This document shows positions 8,605 to 18,100 of a stretch of DNA of 64,000 bases, piece by piece; the first letter of the stretch is position 1, and each line of letters begins with the position of its first letter. This DNA is from Clostridia bacterium. GTDB lineage: Bacteria > Bacillota > Clostridia > Oscillospirales > CAG-272. The stretch lies in the NCBI GenBank assembly GCA_017464805.1, contig JAFTYE010000010.1, forward strand, positions 75,047 to 139,046, read 5' to 3'. Both the position numbers and the translations under genes were made by a program. The notes under the pieces were generated by a model that saw only the letters and a program-made list of their open reading frames with translations, did no database searches and was not told the origin of the DNA.

Positions 8605-10246
8605 ATTTCGCCGCCATGCGGTTGACGGTATTGCGCAGGGTAAGGAGATAGTCCTCGTTTTTGGGATAACTTGCAAAGCCGACCTCACCCTCTGCATCAA
8701 TGGCGGCGATCACGGCCTCCCGTCCCACCCTCGCGGCGGCGGCATCCATGGCGCGCATATCGAGTAACGCCTGCTCGAAAAGCAACTCGTGAAGGGAATG
8801 AAGGGGTTTTCCGTCCCGTCCGGGATAGACCATGAAATTATCGCCCGCCGGTGTGAACAGATCCCCCGACAGATCCGTGAACGGGTTGGTGGGCTCGATC
8901 GAAAAACGGTTAAAATAGAAGTTGTAGCCCCAATGCAAAAAGCCCGTGATGTTCGCCTTGTACATTTGCGCCCCCATCACGCGGGTGCGGTAGCCGGGCA
9001 TCGAAAGGAAGCGGTTGGAAACATCGACCACCTGCCCGCAACAGTAATAGACCCACAAATCGTGCACCTTTTCCGCCAAAAAAGCGTCAACGTGGTCATT
9101 CGAGGGGATCGGGGCGGTGATGACCCCGCGGCGGTAGAACTCTACGTTTGAGAGCGCGTCGCGCACGGGATGGTCACAGATTAGGTCAAGAATCGCGTTC
9201 TTGGATCTCGCATACTGCGAAAGATGCTCCTCACTCGGCTCGTCCGAGATGTGGAAGAAGTAGTGGTTGCGGTATCCGTATTCGTCCAGCTTGGCCTTCA
9301 GCTCGGGGATCAGCGCACGCAAAAATCCAATATACGCCTCGCCTGCCGCCTCGCTGTCCCAGCCAAAGATGCGGTGCTCCTCGCCGTCCACCGTGGCCAT
9401 GATTTTCGGCGCGTGGGCGGCACCCCATTGGGTAAAGAAATGGGCGATCTCCAGCTCACGGATGCCCACGCGGTGGCACATCTCACAAAACCGCTTCAGT
9501 TTGTCAAAGCCGAAGATGTACTTTCCGTTTTCCACGGTCACGTCTACAAGCTGCACAGTCGGCCGTTCCCCACCTACCTTGGTGTCAAGGGGTGGGGTGA
9601 AGATGGGGGTCAAGAGAGCGTTACTGCCGCGGTCAACGTACTCGTGCAGATAGTTTTCCACGATCTGCCAGTGCTCCTCGGAGAACACCTTGACGTTGTA
9701 ATACACGGCAAGGGAATCATAATGGAACCAATGCGTCACGGTCATCTTCCCTTCGGGGAGCAGGGCATCCAGCACCTCGACCGTATAGGTTGCCTCGGCC
9801 ACCGTTTCGCCGTTTTCATCCGAGGAAAGGATCAAACGGATGGGGTAGCTTCCCGGGGCAAGGTCGGCGGGGATTCGCACCTCAAAATGCAGTTGGGAAA
9901 GCTGATCGGCACGCGCGTAGACCGCCACCGCCGGGCGCAAGAGATCGGGGTAAAGGCCCGGCTCTGTATCCAGGTAATCGTCGTCATGCCTTGTGGGATA
10001 GCAGGGGAAGCGGACAGGAACGTGATCCACCGCGTAGGCAATCACATTCTCGCCGAGAACAGAGTCCACCGACAGGTTCAAACGCTCGCCGCTATGCCGG
10101 GAGATGCCCGTTACAAGGGCAGAGAAAAAATGACGGTCGCCGCGAAGAGCAGTGCCGCCTTGCCGTTCGGCAAAGCTGTGGATATCGTCCTGTAATCTGG
10201 CCTTGACAAGGCTCGAAACTATGTGAAAAAAATAGGAAGAAGACAT
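8603..10246 (-). CDS. DUF4091-type putative glycoside hydrolase
   Basis: Start set at ATG 10246 (MSSSYFF...), preceded by AAGGAG. Overall resemblance to DUF4091 (GH123-like) proteins. No signal peptide. Confidence 0.6.
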   Translation of the reverse strand: MSSSYFFHIVSSLVKARLQDDIHSFAERQGGTALRGDRHFFSALVTGISRHSGERLNLSVDSVLGENVIAYAVDHVPVRFPCYPTRHDDDYLDTEPGLYPDLLRPAVAVYARADQLSQLHFEVRIPADLAPGSYPIRLILSSDENGETVAEATYTVEVLDALLPEGKMTVTHWFHYDSLAVYYNVKVFSEEHWQIVENYLHEYVDRGSNALLTPIFTPPLDTKVGGERPTVQLVDVTVENGKYIFGFDKLKRFCEMCHRVGIRELEIAHFFTQWGAAHAPKIMATVDGEEHRIFGWDSEAAGEAYIGFLRALIPELKAKLDEYGYRNHYFFHISDEPSEEHLSQYARSKNAILDLICDHPVRDALSNVEFYRRGVITAPIPSNDHVDAFLAEKVHDLWVYYCCGQVVDVSNRFLSMPGYRTRVMGAQMYKANITGFLHWGYNFYFNRFSIEPTNPFTDLSGDLFTPAGDNFMVYPGRDGKPLHSLHELLFEQALLDMRAMDAAAARVGREAVIAAIDAEGEVGFASYPKNEDYLLTLRNTVNRMAAK

Positions 10247-10370
10247 GGCGATTCTCCTTTTCATGTGGTGCCCCCCATTTTATCATGCTTCCCGATAAAA
10301 GTAAAGACCTGCGACGGATAATGCAAATTTTTTGACCGAAAATTCCCGCCGCCGTCATGCCGCTTTTACC

Positions 10371-10399
10371 TTGACAATCAGGGTCCGTTGTGCTATGAT
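10371..10399 (+). promoter_or_regulatory. Promoter of the GH20 gene
   Basis: TTGACA (10371-10376), 17 nt, TATGAT (10394-10399), with TGc extension. Confidence 0.6.
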
Positions 10400-10429
10400 G
10401 AGAACAAAACTACATAAGGAGAAACCGCC

Positions 10430-11869
10430 ATGATCACTCGCTTGATCCCCACCCCAAAAATGATAAAAAAGGAACCGGGAAACGTCATCCTTTCTCCTGC
10501 CGTCCGCTACTCGTGTGAGGAATGGGACGTGTATGCCGATACGCTCTCTGCCTCATTTGAAAAAATATTCGAGCAGCCTCTTGCAAAGGAAGAGGGTGGC
10601 ATCTGCCTTTTGCGTGATCCCGCACTTCCCGAAAAAAGCTACCGCCTCGATACACGAGAGGGAATTGTCTTATCTGCCTCGGACAGCGAGGGCATCTTGT
10701 ATGCCATCGCCACCCTGTTGCAGATCGTGTCGGTGGAAAAGGGAATGATCTCGGTCGAAAAAGCCCTTATCGAGGATCATCCCGATAAGGGCTACCGTGC
10801 TGTCATGATTGATCTGGCGCGTGAATGGCACCCTGCTTCTACTATCCACAAATACATCGACCTCTGCTTTATATTAAAGATCAAATATTTGCACCTGCAC
10901 TTCATCGACGATCAACGCTACACCCTACCGTCCCGCGCCTTTCCGCATATCACGGACGGTAACCGCTTCTACTCCTATGGGGAGCTTGCCGCCATGCGTG
11001 CCTATGCAAACGCGCGCGGCATCGTGATCGTACCGGAGTTTGAGGCCCCCGGCCATGCCGCGTCGCTGAATCGCGCCTATCCCGCCGTCTTTGCCAACGA
11101 TATGGAGGGCGAGGGCGCGAGTATCGTGACCGAGGAAGGGGTGGTCGTTACCGCCGAAAACCTCATCTGCGCGGGTAAGAGAGAAACGATGAACGGTATC
11201 CGCACGCTGCTTGCCGAAATCGCCGAGCTGTTTCCCGAAACGCCGTATATCCACATCGGGGGAGACGAAGCCAACATCCGCGCCTGGAATCATTGCTCTC
11301 ATTGTAAAAGGTATATGCGGGAAAACGGCATCGGGGACGTTTATGAGATGTACAGCGACTTCGTCGGCCGCGTAGCGCAGATCGTTTTGAATCTGGGTAA
11401 GACCCCCATCGTCTGGGAGGGCTTCCCCAAAAAGGGCGTGGAGCGCATTCCGAAGGAAACCGTGGTGATCGCCTGGGAATCTCACTACCACATGCCCTAT
11501 GACCTGCTTGCCGCAGGTTTCCGCATTATCAACAGCTCCTGGCAGCCTCTGTATGTCGTTCCGAGCGTGTCGGCACGCTGGGACTATTCGCACATTCTGG
11601 ATTGGAATGTCTACAATTGGCAGCACTGGTGGGAAAAGTCGGAGGCGACCCTCAACCCCATCCAGCTTGTGCCGAATGAAAACATCCTCGGTGCCCAGCT
11701 TTCGGTATGGGAAAGTACCTTTGAGCAGGAGATCAGCCACGTCATGGAAAACCTCGCCGCGCTCTCCGAGCGCACCTGGACGGTACGGCGCGTGGCCGGC
11801 ACGGCCGAATTTGGTTCCCGCCTGCGCCCCGCCCTCACCCGCATCGGAAGACTCATCCAGGACAAATAA
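10430..11869 (+). CDS. Beta-N-acetylhexosaminidase (GH20)
   Basis: 479 aa with GYRAVMIDLAREWH, FEAPGHAAS and the catalytic IHIGGDEA motif. No signal peptide. Confidence 0.85.
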   Translation: MITRLIPTPKMIKKEPGNVILSPAVRYSCEEWDVYADTLSASFEKIFEQPLAKEEGGICLLRDPALPEKSYRLDTREGIVLSASDSEGILYAIATLLQIVSVEKGMISVEKALIEDHPDKGYRAVMIDLAREWHPASTIHKYIDLCFILKIKYLHLHFIDDQRYTLPSRAFPHITDGNRFYSYGELAAMRAYANARGIVIVPEFEAPGHAASLNRAYPAVFANDMEGEGASIVTEEGVVVTAENLICAGKRETMNGIRTLLAEIAELFPETPYIHIGGDEANIRAWNHCSHCKRYMRENGIGDVYEMYSDFVGRVAQIVLNLGKTPIVWEGFPKKGVERIPKETVVIAWESHYHMPYDLLAAGFRIINSSWQPLYVVPSVSARWDYSHILDWNVYNWQHWWEKSEATLNPIQLVPNENILGAQLSVWESTFEQEISHVMENLAALSERTWTVRRVAGTAEFGSRLRPALTRIGRLIQDK

Positions 11870-11901
11870 AAAATTCCCCCGCGATGCGGGGGAATTTTTT
11901 T
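11869..11901. terminator. Bidirectional intrinsic terminator
   Basis: AAAAATTCCCCCGC-GAT-GCGGGGGAATTTTTTT. Confidence 0.8.
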
Positions 11902-11904
11902 GTT

Positions 11905-12870
11905 TTATCGTTCCTCGCGATAATAATTGAGGCCAAGTCCCGCAGGGGGCTGGTCCTCCTTGCGGTCGCGGATGCTGGTCACGACCAGTACCACAATGGT
12001 CACGAGGTAGGGGAGCATCTTAAAGAGCTCCTTCGTTTGTAGGTTGATGCCGGGGATATAGCTGCTTGCCACGTAGAACGCACCGAACACGATCGCACAC
12101 AGGATGCCGAAGCTCGGACGCCACGCCATGAAGATGACCAGTGCGACGGAAAGCCAGCCGATTGAGTCGATGACGTACTCCCAGTTGCCGCCCAGGTAGT
12201 CCATGACGAAAGTGATGCCGCCAAGCGCCGCAATGCCGCAGCCGATGCAGGTCGCGCCGTAGCGATAGGCCGTGACATTGATGCCTGCCGCATCGGCAGT
12301 CGCAGGGTTCTCCCCCACGGCACGCAGATGCAGACCGAGACGGGTCTTGTTCAAAACGATCGAGGTCAGGATGGCCACCGCGATGGCCAGATAGATCATT
12401 ACGCCGTAGCTAAGAAACAGCTCGCCGAACCAGCCAAGATTCTTTGAAAAGGGAAGGCCTGCCGTAAAATACTTACGTGCCGCCGCAAAGGTGTAGGCCT
12501 CAGCCTTGACCTGCGCGATCATGTAGTTGGAAATGCCGATGCCAAAGGTGGTCAGCACCAGACCCGTTACGTTCTGATTGGCACGGAGCGTTACCGTGAA
12601 GAAGCTGTAAATCAGACCCATCAGCGCGCCGCCGATGAAGGTAGCAATGATCGGGATCAGGACGGCCAGAACGGGGATCATGCGGCCGTTTACGGAGGTG
12701 AAGTAGATGGATTCCGCCACGCATCCGCAGGCGGCACCTACACACATGGTGCCGGGAATGCCGAGGTTCAGGTGCCCCGATTTCTCGGTGATCGCCTCAC
12801 CCGTTGCGCCAAAAAGAAGCGTCATGCCAAGGCGAACGGTGCTGACAAGGAAGGTGATAAATGTGGTCAT
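11905..12870 (-). CDS. ABC transporter permease (BMP/nucleoside-type, NupC/YufQ-like)
   Basis: 321-aa polytopic protein, last gene of the BMP-family ABC operon. Confidence 0.85.
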   Translation of the reverse strand: MTTFITFLVSTVRLGMTLLFGATGEAITEKSGHLNLGIPGTMCVGAACGCVAESIYFTSVNGRMIPVLAVLIPIIATFIGGALMGLIYSFFTVTLRANQNVTGLVLTTFGIGISNYMIAQVKAEAYTFAAARKYFTAGLPFSKNLGWFGELFLSYGVMIYLAIAVAILTSIVLNKTRLGLHLRAVGENPATADAAGINVTAYRYGATCIGCGIAALGGITFVMDYLGGNWEYVIDSIGWLSVALVIFMAWRPSFGILCAIVFGAFYVASSYIPGINLQTKELFKMLPYLVTIVVLVVTSIRDRKEDQPPAGLGLNYYREER

Positions 12871-12873
12871 GCT

Positions 12874-13968
12874 TTATTCCTCCTCCTTTGTCTTTTTGCG
12901 GAAATGAACCTTGTAGTGAATGAAGAATTCGCAACCGATGATAAAGAGCAGAATGATGCCCGTGATGATATCACCGATCGAGGAGTCAACGCGGAAGTCG
13001 GTGGTGATCTGCGATGCACCCTTGCCGAGAAATACGATCAGAAGGGAAGAAAGGATCATGTACAGCGGATTGAATTTGGCAAGCCAGGACACCATGATCG
13101 CCGTAAAGCCCTGTCCGCCGACAAGCGTGGTGGAGACCGTGCAGCTGCCGTTGGCAACGAGAAGGAGACCGACCAAGCCGCATATCGCACCGGAAATGAT
13201 CATGGTGCGAATAATGACCTTCTTCACGTTGATGCCGATGTACTTCGCCGTGTTCTCGCTTTCACCGACGACCGAGATCTCATATCCCTGCTTGCTGTAT
13301 CGTAAGTAAATATAAAGAAGCACGGTAAGGACAAGGATCGTGATGATCGCCAGAAGAAATTGGTTGCCCACGATCGGGAAGCGGTATTCGGGCATCCTGT
13401 CCAGTACGCCTGAGCCATTCTTGCCCCACAGCTTGAGAAAATACATGATCAGCTGGATGGCAATGTAGTTCATCATCAGGGTGAACAGGGTCTCATTTGT
13501 GTTAAAGAAGGCCTTGAAGATCGCAGGGATCAATGCCCAGATGGCACTCGTTACGATGCAGGCGACCGTCATCACCGCGAAGAAAGCGGGGAGGGGAAGC
13601 TTGTCCCCGAACAGGTACATGCAGGCGGCGGCGGTCAGGGCACCGATCAGCGTCTGTCCCTCCGCTCCGCAGTTCCAGAATTTCATGCGGAAGGCGGGGG
13701 TCACCGCCAGGCTGATACCCAGCAGGATGCAGGTGTCGTTTATAAGGTTCCAGATCCGTCGCTCGGAGCCGAAGGCGCCGAGAAACATGGACTTGTAAAC
13801 ATTAAGAGGGTTTTCCTTCGAAAGGAGCGTGATCAAAATCGCGGCGAAGAGGAGCGCGCAGATGATGGCGGCCGCGCGGATCAGAATGCTCTTTTGCCAG
13901 CTGATCGCGTCACGCTTTGTTAAGTGGATAAGCGGCTCTTTTTTTGTGCTTTCATGCACCTTCATCAT
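12874..13968 (-). CDS. ABC transporter permease (BMP/nucleoside-type, NupB/YufP-like)
   Basis: 364-aa polytopic protein. Start overlaps the ATPase stop (ATGA). Confidence 0.85.
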   Translation of the reverse strand: MMKVHESTKKEPLIHLTKRDAISWQKSILIRAAAIICALLFAAILITLLSKENPLNVYKSMFLGAFGSERRIWNLINDTCILLGISLAVTPAFRMKFWNCGAEGQTLIGALTAAACMYLFGDKLPLPAFFAVMTVACIVTSAIWALIPAIFKAFFNTNETLFTLMMNYIAIQLIMYFLKLWGKNGSGVLDRMPEYRFPIVGNQFLLAIITILVLTVLLYIYLRYSKQGYEISVVGESENTAKYIGINVKKVIIRTMIISGAICGLVGLLLVANGSCTVSTTLVGGQGFTAIMVSWLAKFNPLYMILSSLLIVFLGKGASQITTDFRVDSSIGDIITGIILLFIIGCEFFIHYKVHFRKKTKEEE

Positions 13969-15803
13969 GCATCCTCCTTTTCGTCCGTATTCATGCGAGT
14001 GTCACTCGTCATCAAAAGACCGACCTCTTCCTTGGTGGTCGTGCGGGCATCCACGATGCCGCTGATCTTACCGCCGCTGATGACCATGATGCGGTCGGAA
14101 AGGGCCAAGAGAACGTCCAGATCCTCGCCAACGAAGATCACGGCAACGCCCTTCTTCTTTTGCTCGTTGAGCAGATTGTAAATGGTGTAGGAGGAGTTGA
14201 TGTCAAGGCCCCGTACCGGGTATGCTGCCATCAAAACAGAGGGAGAGGCGGCGATCTCTCGGCCGACCAGTACCTTTTGTACGTTACCGCCCGACAGACG
14301 GCGCACGGGCGTGTGCTCGTTCGGGGTTACGACCTCCAAATTGTTGATGATGGAAAGTGCCAGATCCTTCGGGTTCTTGCGGTCAAGGAACAGGGATTTG
14401 CCGCGGCGGTAGCTGCGGAGCATCATGTTGTCGATGATGTCCATGTTGCCGACAAGGCCCATACCAAGACGGTCCTCGGGAACGAAGGAGAGGCGAACAC
14501 CCAGCTCGCGGATCTGCAAGGGTGTCTTGTCGCATAGGTTTTCGGTCTTGCCGGTCGTGGGGTCCTCGTACAGGATCTCTCCCTCGTTGACGTGATGCAG
14601 ACCGGCAATGGATTCGAGCAGCTCGCGCTGGCCGCTTCCCGCAATGCCCGCCACGCCAAGGATCTCACCCGCATTGGCGGTAAAGGAAATGTCATCCAGC
14701 GTGACCACGCCGTCGGCATCCACGCTGGTGATATGCTTCACCGTAAGACGCTCGGTGGGGTTCACCGGCTCGGAACGGTCAATATTCAAGGTGACCTTTT
14801 TGCCGATCATCATTTCGGTCAGCTTGTTCTCGTCGGTGGTGGCCGTTTCCACCGTGGCAATATGCTCGCCCTTGCGAAGCACCGCCACACGGTCGGAAAT
14901 GGAAAGCACCTCGTGCATCTTATGTGTGATGATGATGATGGACTTGCCGTCATCGCGCATACGGCGCAGCACGGCAAACAGCTTTTCGGTCTCCTGCGGG
15001 GTCAGAACGGCCGTCGGCTCATCCAGAATCAGAATGTCCGCTCCGCGGTAAAGCACCTTCACGATCTCCACCGTCTGCTTCTCGGATACCGACATCTGGT
15101 GGATCTTTTTCGTCGGGTCGATGTGGAAGCCATAGCGGTCTGCGATCTCACGCACGCGACGGTTGACCTCGGAGAGCTTGTATTTCTGCCCGTCCTTGAT
15201 GCCAAGGACGATATTCTCGCTTGCCGAAAAAACATTGATCAGCTTGAAGTGCTGGTGAATCATGCCCACCCCGTAACGGAAGGCGTCCTTCGGGGATGTA
15301 ATTACAGCAGGCTCGCCGTCAATATAGATCTCACCCTCGTCGGGGAAATAGATACCCGCGATCATGTTCATCAGTGTCGTCTTGCCACAACCGTTTTCAC
15401 CGAGCAATGCCAGGATCTCACCCTTTTTGAGATCAAGATCAACATTCTTGTTCGCCACCACGCTGCCAAAGGTTTTGGTCACATGGCGAAGCTCCAAGGC
15501 CGGCACGTTGGCATTTCTTTTCGCAGGCGCGGCCTTCGCCGTTTCACCTGCCTGTACGGCCGCAATCTCCTTGCGTACCCTACGCACGCGCTTTGCCGTC
15601 CAATGTGTCAGAAAGACAAGGAGAAGCGCGCAGGCTGCCAGAACGGCGATCAATACGGCAAGGACGGGAATGATGAAGCCGTATTCACGTCCTATGTCGG
15701 TTGCCGTCGCAGCGGATGCGGGCAACACCGCCATGATCGAGAGCGTGAAAAGGGAAAAGGCGAAGCAGATCATTCGTTTTGTGTAAGCGAATTTGTTTTT
15801 CAT
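13965..15803 (-). CDS. Tandem-NBD ABC transporter ATP-binding protein with an unusual N-terminal membrane anchor
   Basis: Two Walker A / signature / Walker B sets (GENGCGKTT ... LSVSEKQ ... ILILDEPT, then GIAGSGQ ... LSGGNVQK). ATG 15803 is preceded by AAGGAG. The first ~100 aa hold a signal-like segment plus a TM helix. Confidence 0.85.
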   Translation of the reverse strand: MKNKFAYTKRMICFAFSLFTLSIMAVLPASAATATDIGREYGFIIPVLAVLIAVLAACALLLVFLTHWTAKRVRRVRKEIAAVQAGETAKAAPAKRNANVPALELRHVTKTFGSVVANKNVDLDLKKGEILALLGENGCGKTTLMNMIAGIYFPDEGEIYIDGEPAVITSPKDAFRYGVGMIHQHFKLINVFSASENIVLGIKDGQKYKLSEVNRRVREIADRYGFHIDPTKKIHQMSVSEKQTVEIVKVLYRGADILILDEPTAVLTPQETEKLFAVLRRMRDDGKSIIIITHKMHEVLSISDRVAVLRKGEHIATVETATTDENKLTEMMIGKKVTLNIDRSEPVNPTERLTVKHITSVDADGVVTLDDISFTANAGEILGVAGIAGSGQRELLESIAGLHHVNEGEILYEDPTTGKTENLCDKTPLQIRELGVRLSFVPEDRLGMGLVGNMDIIDNMMLRSYRRGKSLFLDRKNPKDLALSIINNLEVVTPNEHTPVRRLSGGNVQKVLVGREIAASPSVLMAAYPVRGLDINSSYTIYNLLNEQKKKGVAVIFVGEDLDVLLALSDRIMVISGGKISGIVDARTTTKEEVGLLMTSDTRMNTDEKEDA

Positions 15804-15837
15804 AGCATCTCCTTGCATGACAAGTATCATATCTTAT

Positions 15838-15866
15838 ATTTTAACAAACATAGAAGGAAAAATCAA
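15838..15866 (-). promoter_or_regulatory. Internal promoter ahead of the ABC ATPase/permease genes
   Basis: Minus strand: TTGATT (15866-15861), 17 nt, TAAAAT (15843-15838). Confidence 0.4.
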
Positions 15867-15933
15867 GGGATAATTTCATATTTCGCGCTTTTTCCGCTTC
15901 TTTCCATCACTTTTTCCGAGGCAAAAGAAAAAA

Positions 15934-15952
15934 GGCGGAGAAGTGCTCCGCC
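15934..15952 (-). terminator. Intra-operon terminator after the substrate-binding protein gene
   Basis: GGCGGAG-CACTT-CTCCGCC followed by TTTTTTCTTTT on the minus strand. This is the usual way to give excess SBP transcript. Confidence 0.65.
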
Positions 15953-15965
15953 TTTTTATAAAAGA

Positions 15966-17213
15966 TTATTCGCCGTATTCCTCGTTGAGGAGGTTAATGC
16001 CGTCGATACGCAGATCAAAGTAAGGAGCGGACTGAACCTTGGACTCCTTAAAGATGCCGTTTTCGATCACTTCAACACCGCCAACCTGGTGAGAGGTGGG
16101 CTTGGTGCCGTTGTTTACGGTGAAGTTGTTGGTGTCGAATACGTTCAGCGTGCCTGCCTTGAACTTCTCGATGGCAGCCTTAATCGCTTCAACAGTGCCC
16201 TCAGCCGCAACGTCCAGGTTGATACCCGTCAGAGCAACGGAGCCTTCCTTGATGCCGCCGCACCAGTTGGTGTCGATAGCAGCGTCGGTGTTAACGCACT
16301 TGATGATGTAAGCGAAGTAGGGAGCCCAGTCGATACGGGAGGAAACGATGAAGGAGTTCTTGCAGGTCTGGTAGGTGCTGCCGTTGTAGGAAACGTTCGG
16401 AATGCCTGCTTCCTCACAAGCGGAGGGAGCACCCATGGAGTCGGCGTGCTGGGAGATCAGCTTGCAGCCGCGGGCGATCAGAGCCTTCGCAGCGTTGCTC
16501 TCCTCGGTAATGTCAAACCAAGAGCCGGTGAACTGTACATCCATGGTAACGGTGGGGCAAACGGACTTGGCGCCCAGGTAGAAGGAGGTGTAGCCGGAGA
16601 TAACCTCGGCGTAGGTGAAGGCACCGACGTAGCCGATCTTGGCCTCTTCGGCGGTGAACTTGCCGGCCTCGATCATCTCGTTCAGCTTCATGCCGGCGGC
16701 GATGCCGGCCAGGTATCTACCCTCGTAGATGGAAGCAAAGGCGTTGTGGTAGTTGGGCAGGTTTTCAGCAGCAGCCTGCGTACCGGTTGCATGGCAGAAC
16801 TGAACCTCGGGGAATTCCTTTGCAGCCTGGATCATGAAGCTCTCATGACCGAAGGAGTTTGCGAAAACGAGGGTGCAGCCCTGGTCAACCAGGTCAGCAG
16901 CGGCCTGATAGCAGGTGTCATCCTCACCGATCATTGTCTTCACAATGACCTGAGAGTTGGAAAGGCCGAAGGCCTCCTGCACAGCGTAAACGGCGTTCAG
17001 GAAGTTCAGGTCGTAGGTGGACTGCTCGTCGTGCAGGCAGATAACGCCAAGCTTGAAGTCTGCATCGATCTCAAAGTCCTTGGTGATGGTGGCAGCAGGC
17101 ATGGGAGCTTCGCTCATGCCTTTGAGTTCGTCCTCGGGCGGGGTGCATGCGAAGATAGACACACACATGATGGCCACAAGAGCCAAAGCCAGAAGTTTCT
17201 TGAACATTTTCAT
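15966..17213 (-). CDS. BMP-family ABC transporter substrate-binding lipoprotein (nucleoside-binding type)
   Basis: 415 aa. Lipobox MKMFKKLLALALVAIMCVSIFAC. PnrA/Med-like body. Confidence 0.85.
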   Translation of the reverse strand: MKMFKKLLALALVAIMCVSIFACTPPEDELKGMSEAPMPAATITKDFEIDADFKLGVICLHDEQSTYDLNFLNAVYAVQEAFGLSNSQVIVKTMIGEDDTCYQAAADLVDQGCTLVFANSFGHESFMIQAAKEFPEVQFCHATGTQAAAENLPNYHNAFASIYEGRYLAGIAAGMKLNEMIEAGKFTAEEAKIGYVGAFTYAEVISGYTSFYLGAKSVCPTVTMDVQFTGSWFDITEESNAAKALIARGCKLISQHADSMGAPSACEEAGIPNVSYNGSTYQTCKNSFIVSSRIDWAPYFAYIIKCVNTDAAIDTNWCGGIKEGSVALTGINLDVAAEGTVEAIKAAIEKFKAGTLNVFDTNNFTVNNGTKPTSHQVGGVEVIENGIFKESKVQSAPYFDLRIDGINLLNEEYGE

Positions 17214-17273
17214 GTTCCTCCTATAAAAATAATAATATATTACGGGGCGCGAGGGGTGCGCCGGGTAACCATG

Positions 17274-17846
17274 TTAACGGTATACGATACCGTCCGTCGG
17301 GCTCATGGAAGCGATGCAGGCAAGCGAATCGATCCGTACGCCCTCGGCGCGGAGCTTGTCCCCGCCACCCTGAAATGCCTTTTCGATCGCGATCGCACAG
17401 CCGCACAGATGGGCACCCGATTGCTTCACAATGGAAAGCAACCCGCACAGTGCCGCGCCGTGTGCGAGAAAATCATCAATCAGAAGAAGACGGTCATCAG
17501 CCGACAGCATGCTCTCGGGCACGATGGCATCGTAGGTATTGCCGTGCGTAAAAGAATGAACGGAGGCGGTGTACATGCCGCCCGTTTGCGTGGAGGCGCG
17601 GCTCTTCTTGGCAAAGACCACCGGTACCTGCATGTGCACGGCGGCGGCCGTGGCAATGGCAATGCCCGATGCCTCGATCGTTAGGATCTTGGTAACGCCC
17701 TCGCCCTCATACAGGCGGGCGATCTCCCGACCCATTTCCATCAAAAAAGGAACGTCCAGCTGCTGATTGAGAAAGTTGCCCACTTTCAGAATGTCGGCGG
17801 AAAGAACCGTACCCTCGCGTGTGATCTTTTCTTCCAATGCCTTCAT
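17274..17846 (-). CDS. xpt: Xanthine phosphoribosyltransferase
   Basis: 190 aa. MKALEEKITREGTVLSADILKVGNFLNQQLD... and the PRPP-binding loop LLIDDFLAHGAA. Confidence 0.92.
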   Translation of the reverse strand: MKALEEKITREGTVLSADILKVGNFLNQQLDVPFLMEMGREIARLYEGEGVTKILTIEASGIAIATAAAVHMQVPVVFAKKSRASTQTGGMYTASVHSFTHGNTYDAIVPESMLSADDRLLLIDDFLAHGAALCGLLSIVKQSGAHLCGCAIAIEKAFQGGGDKLRAEGVRIDSLACIASMSPTDGIVYR

Positions 17847-17905
17847 AAAGCGTTCCTTTCGTCAAAAAATACTGCCAAAACGTTCCGTTCATGAAATCAT
17901 AATAT

Positions 17906-17934
17906 ATTGTACCATAAAACGACACAAATTGCAA
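17906..17934 (-). promoter_or_regulatory. Promoter of the xpt-BMP ABC operon
   Basis: Minus strand: TTGCAA (17934-17929), 17 nt, TACAAT (17911-17906), with TGg extension. The leader to the ATG is only ~55 nt. Confidence 0.55.
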
Positions 17935-18015
17935 ACGCTTTTTTCGAGAAACTTCACCAAAAATGCAGATGATTTATTGGTTAAATTGCACAAAGATTTT
18001 GTTCGACTTCGTATC

Positions 18016-18043
18016 TTGACAAATCGGTTTTTTGTGCTATAAT
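18016..18043 (+). promoter_or_regulatory. Promoter of the orphan membrane-protein gene
   Basis: TTGACA (18016-18021), 16 nt, TATAAT (18038-18043), with TGc extension. Confidence 0.6.
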
Positions 18044-18100
18044 AACCATGATATGCCTTTTCTTCCATTGAAAAGGCGAATAATTTTTAGGGAGAAAACT

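Noticed and set aside
14592-17684. A 1030-aa ORF on the + strand, the longest in the track.
   Set aside because: It runs antisense across four well-supported minus-strand genes (ABC ATPase, BMP lipoprotein, xpt). It has no RBS, a low-complexity Gly/Val/Ala/Arg-rich translation and no recognisable motif. This is the usual stop-poor antisense frame of a high-GC genome.
17847-17934. An expected guanine/purine riboswitch upstream of xpt.
   Set aside because: The leader is only ~55 nt. It contains no P1-P2-P3 junction and none of the conserved UAUA.../CUACC-type elements.
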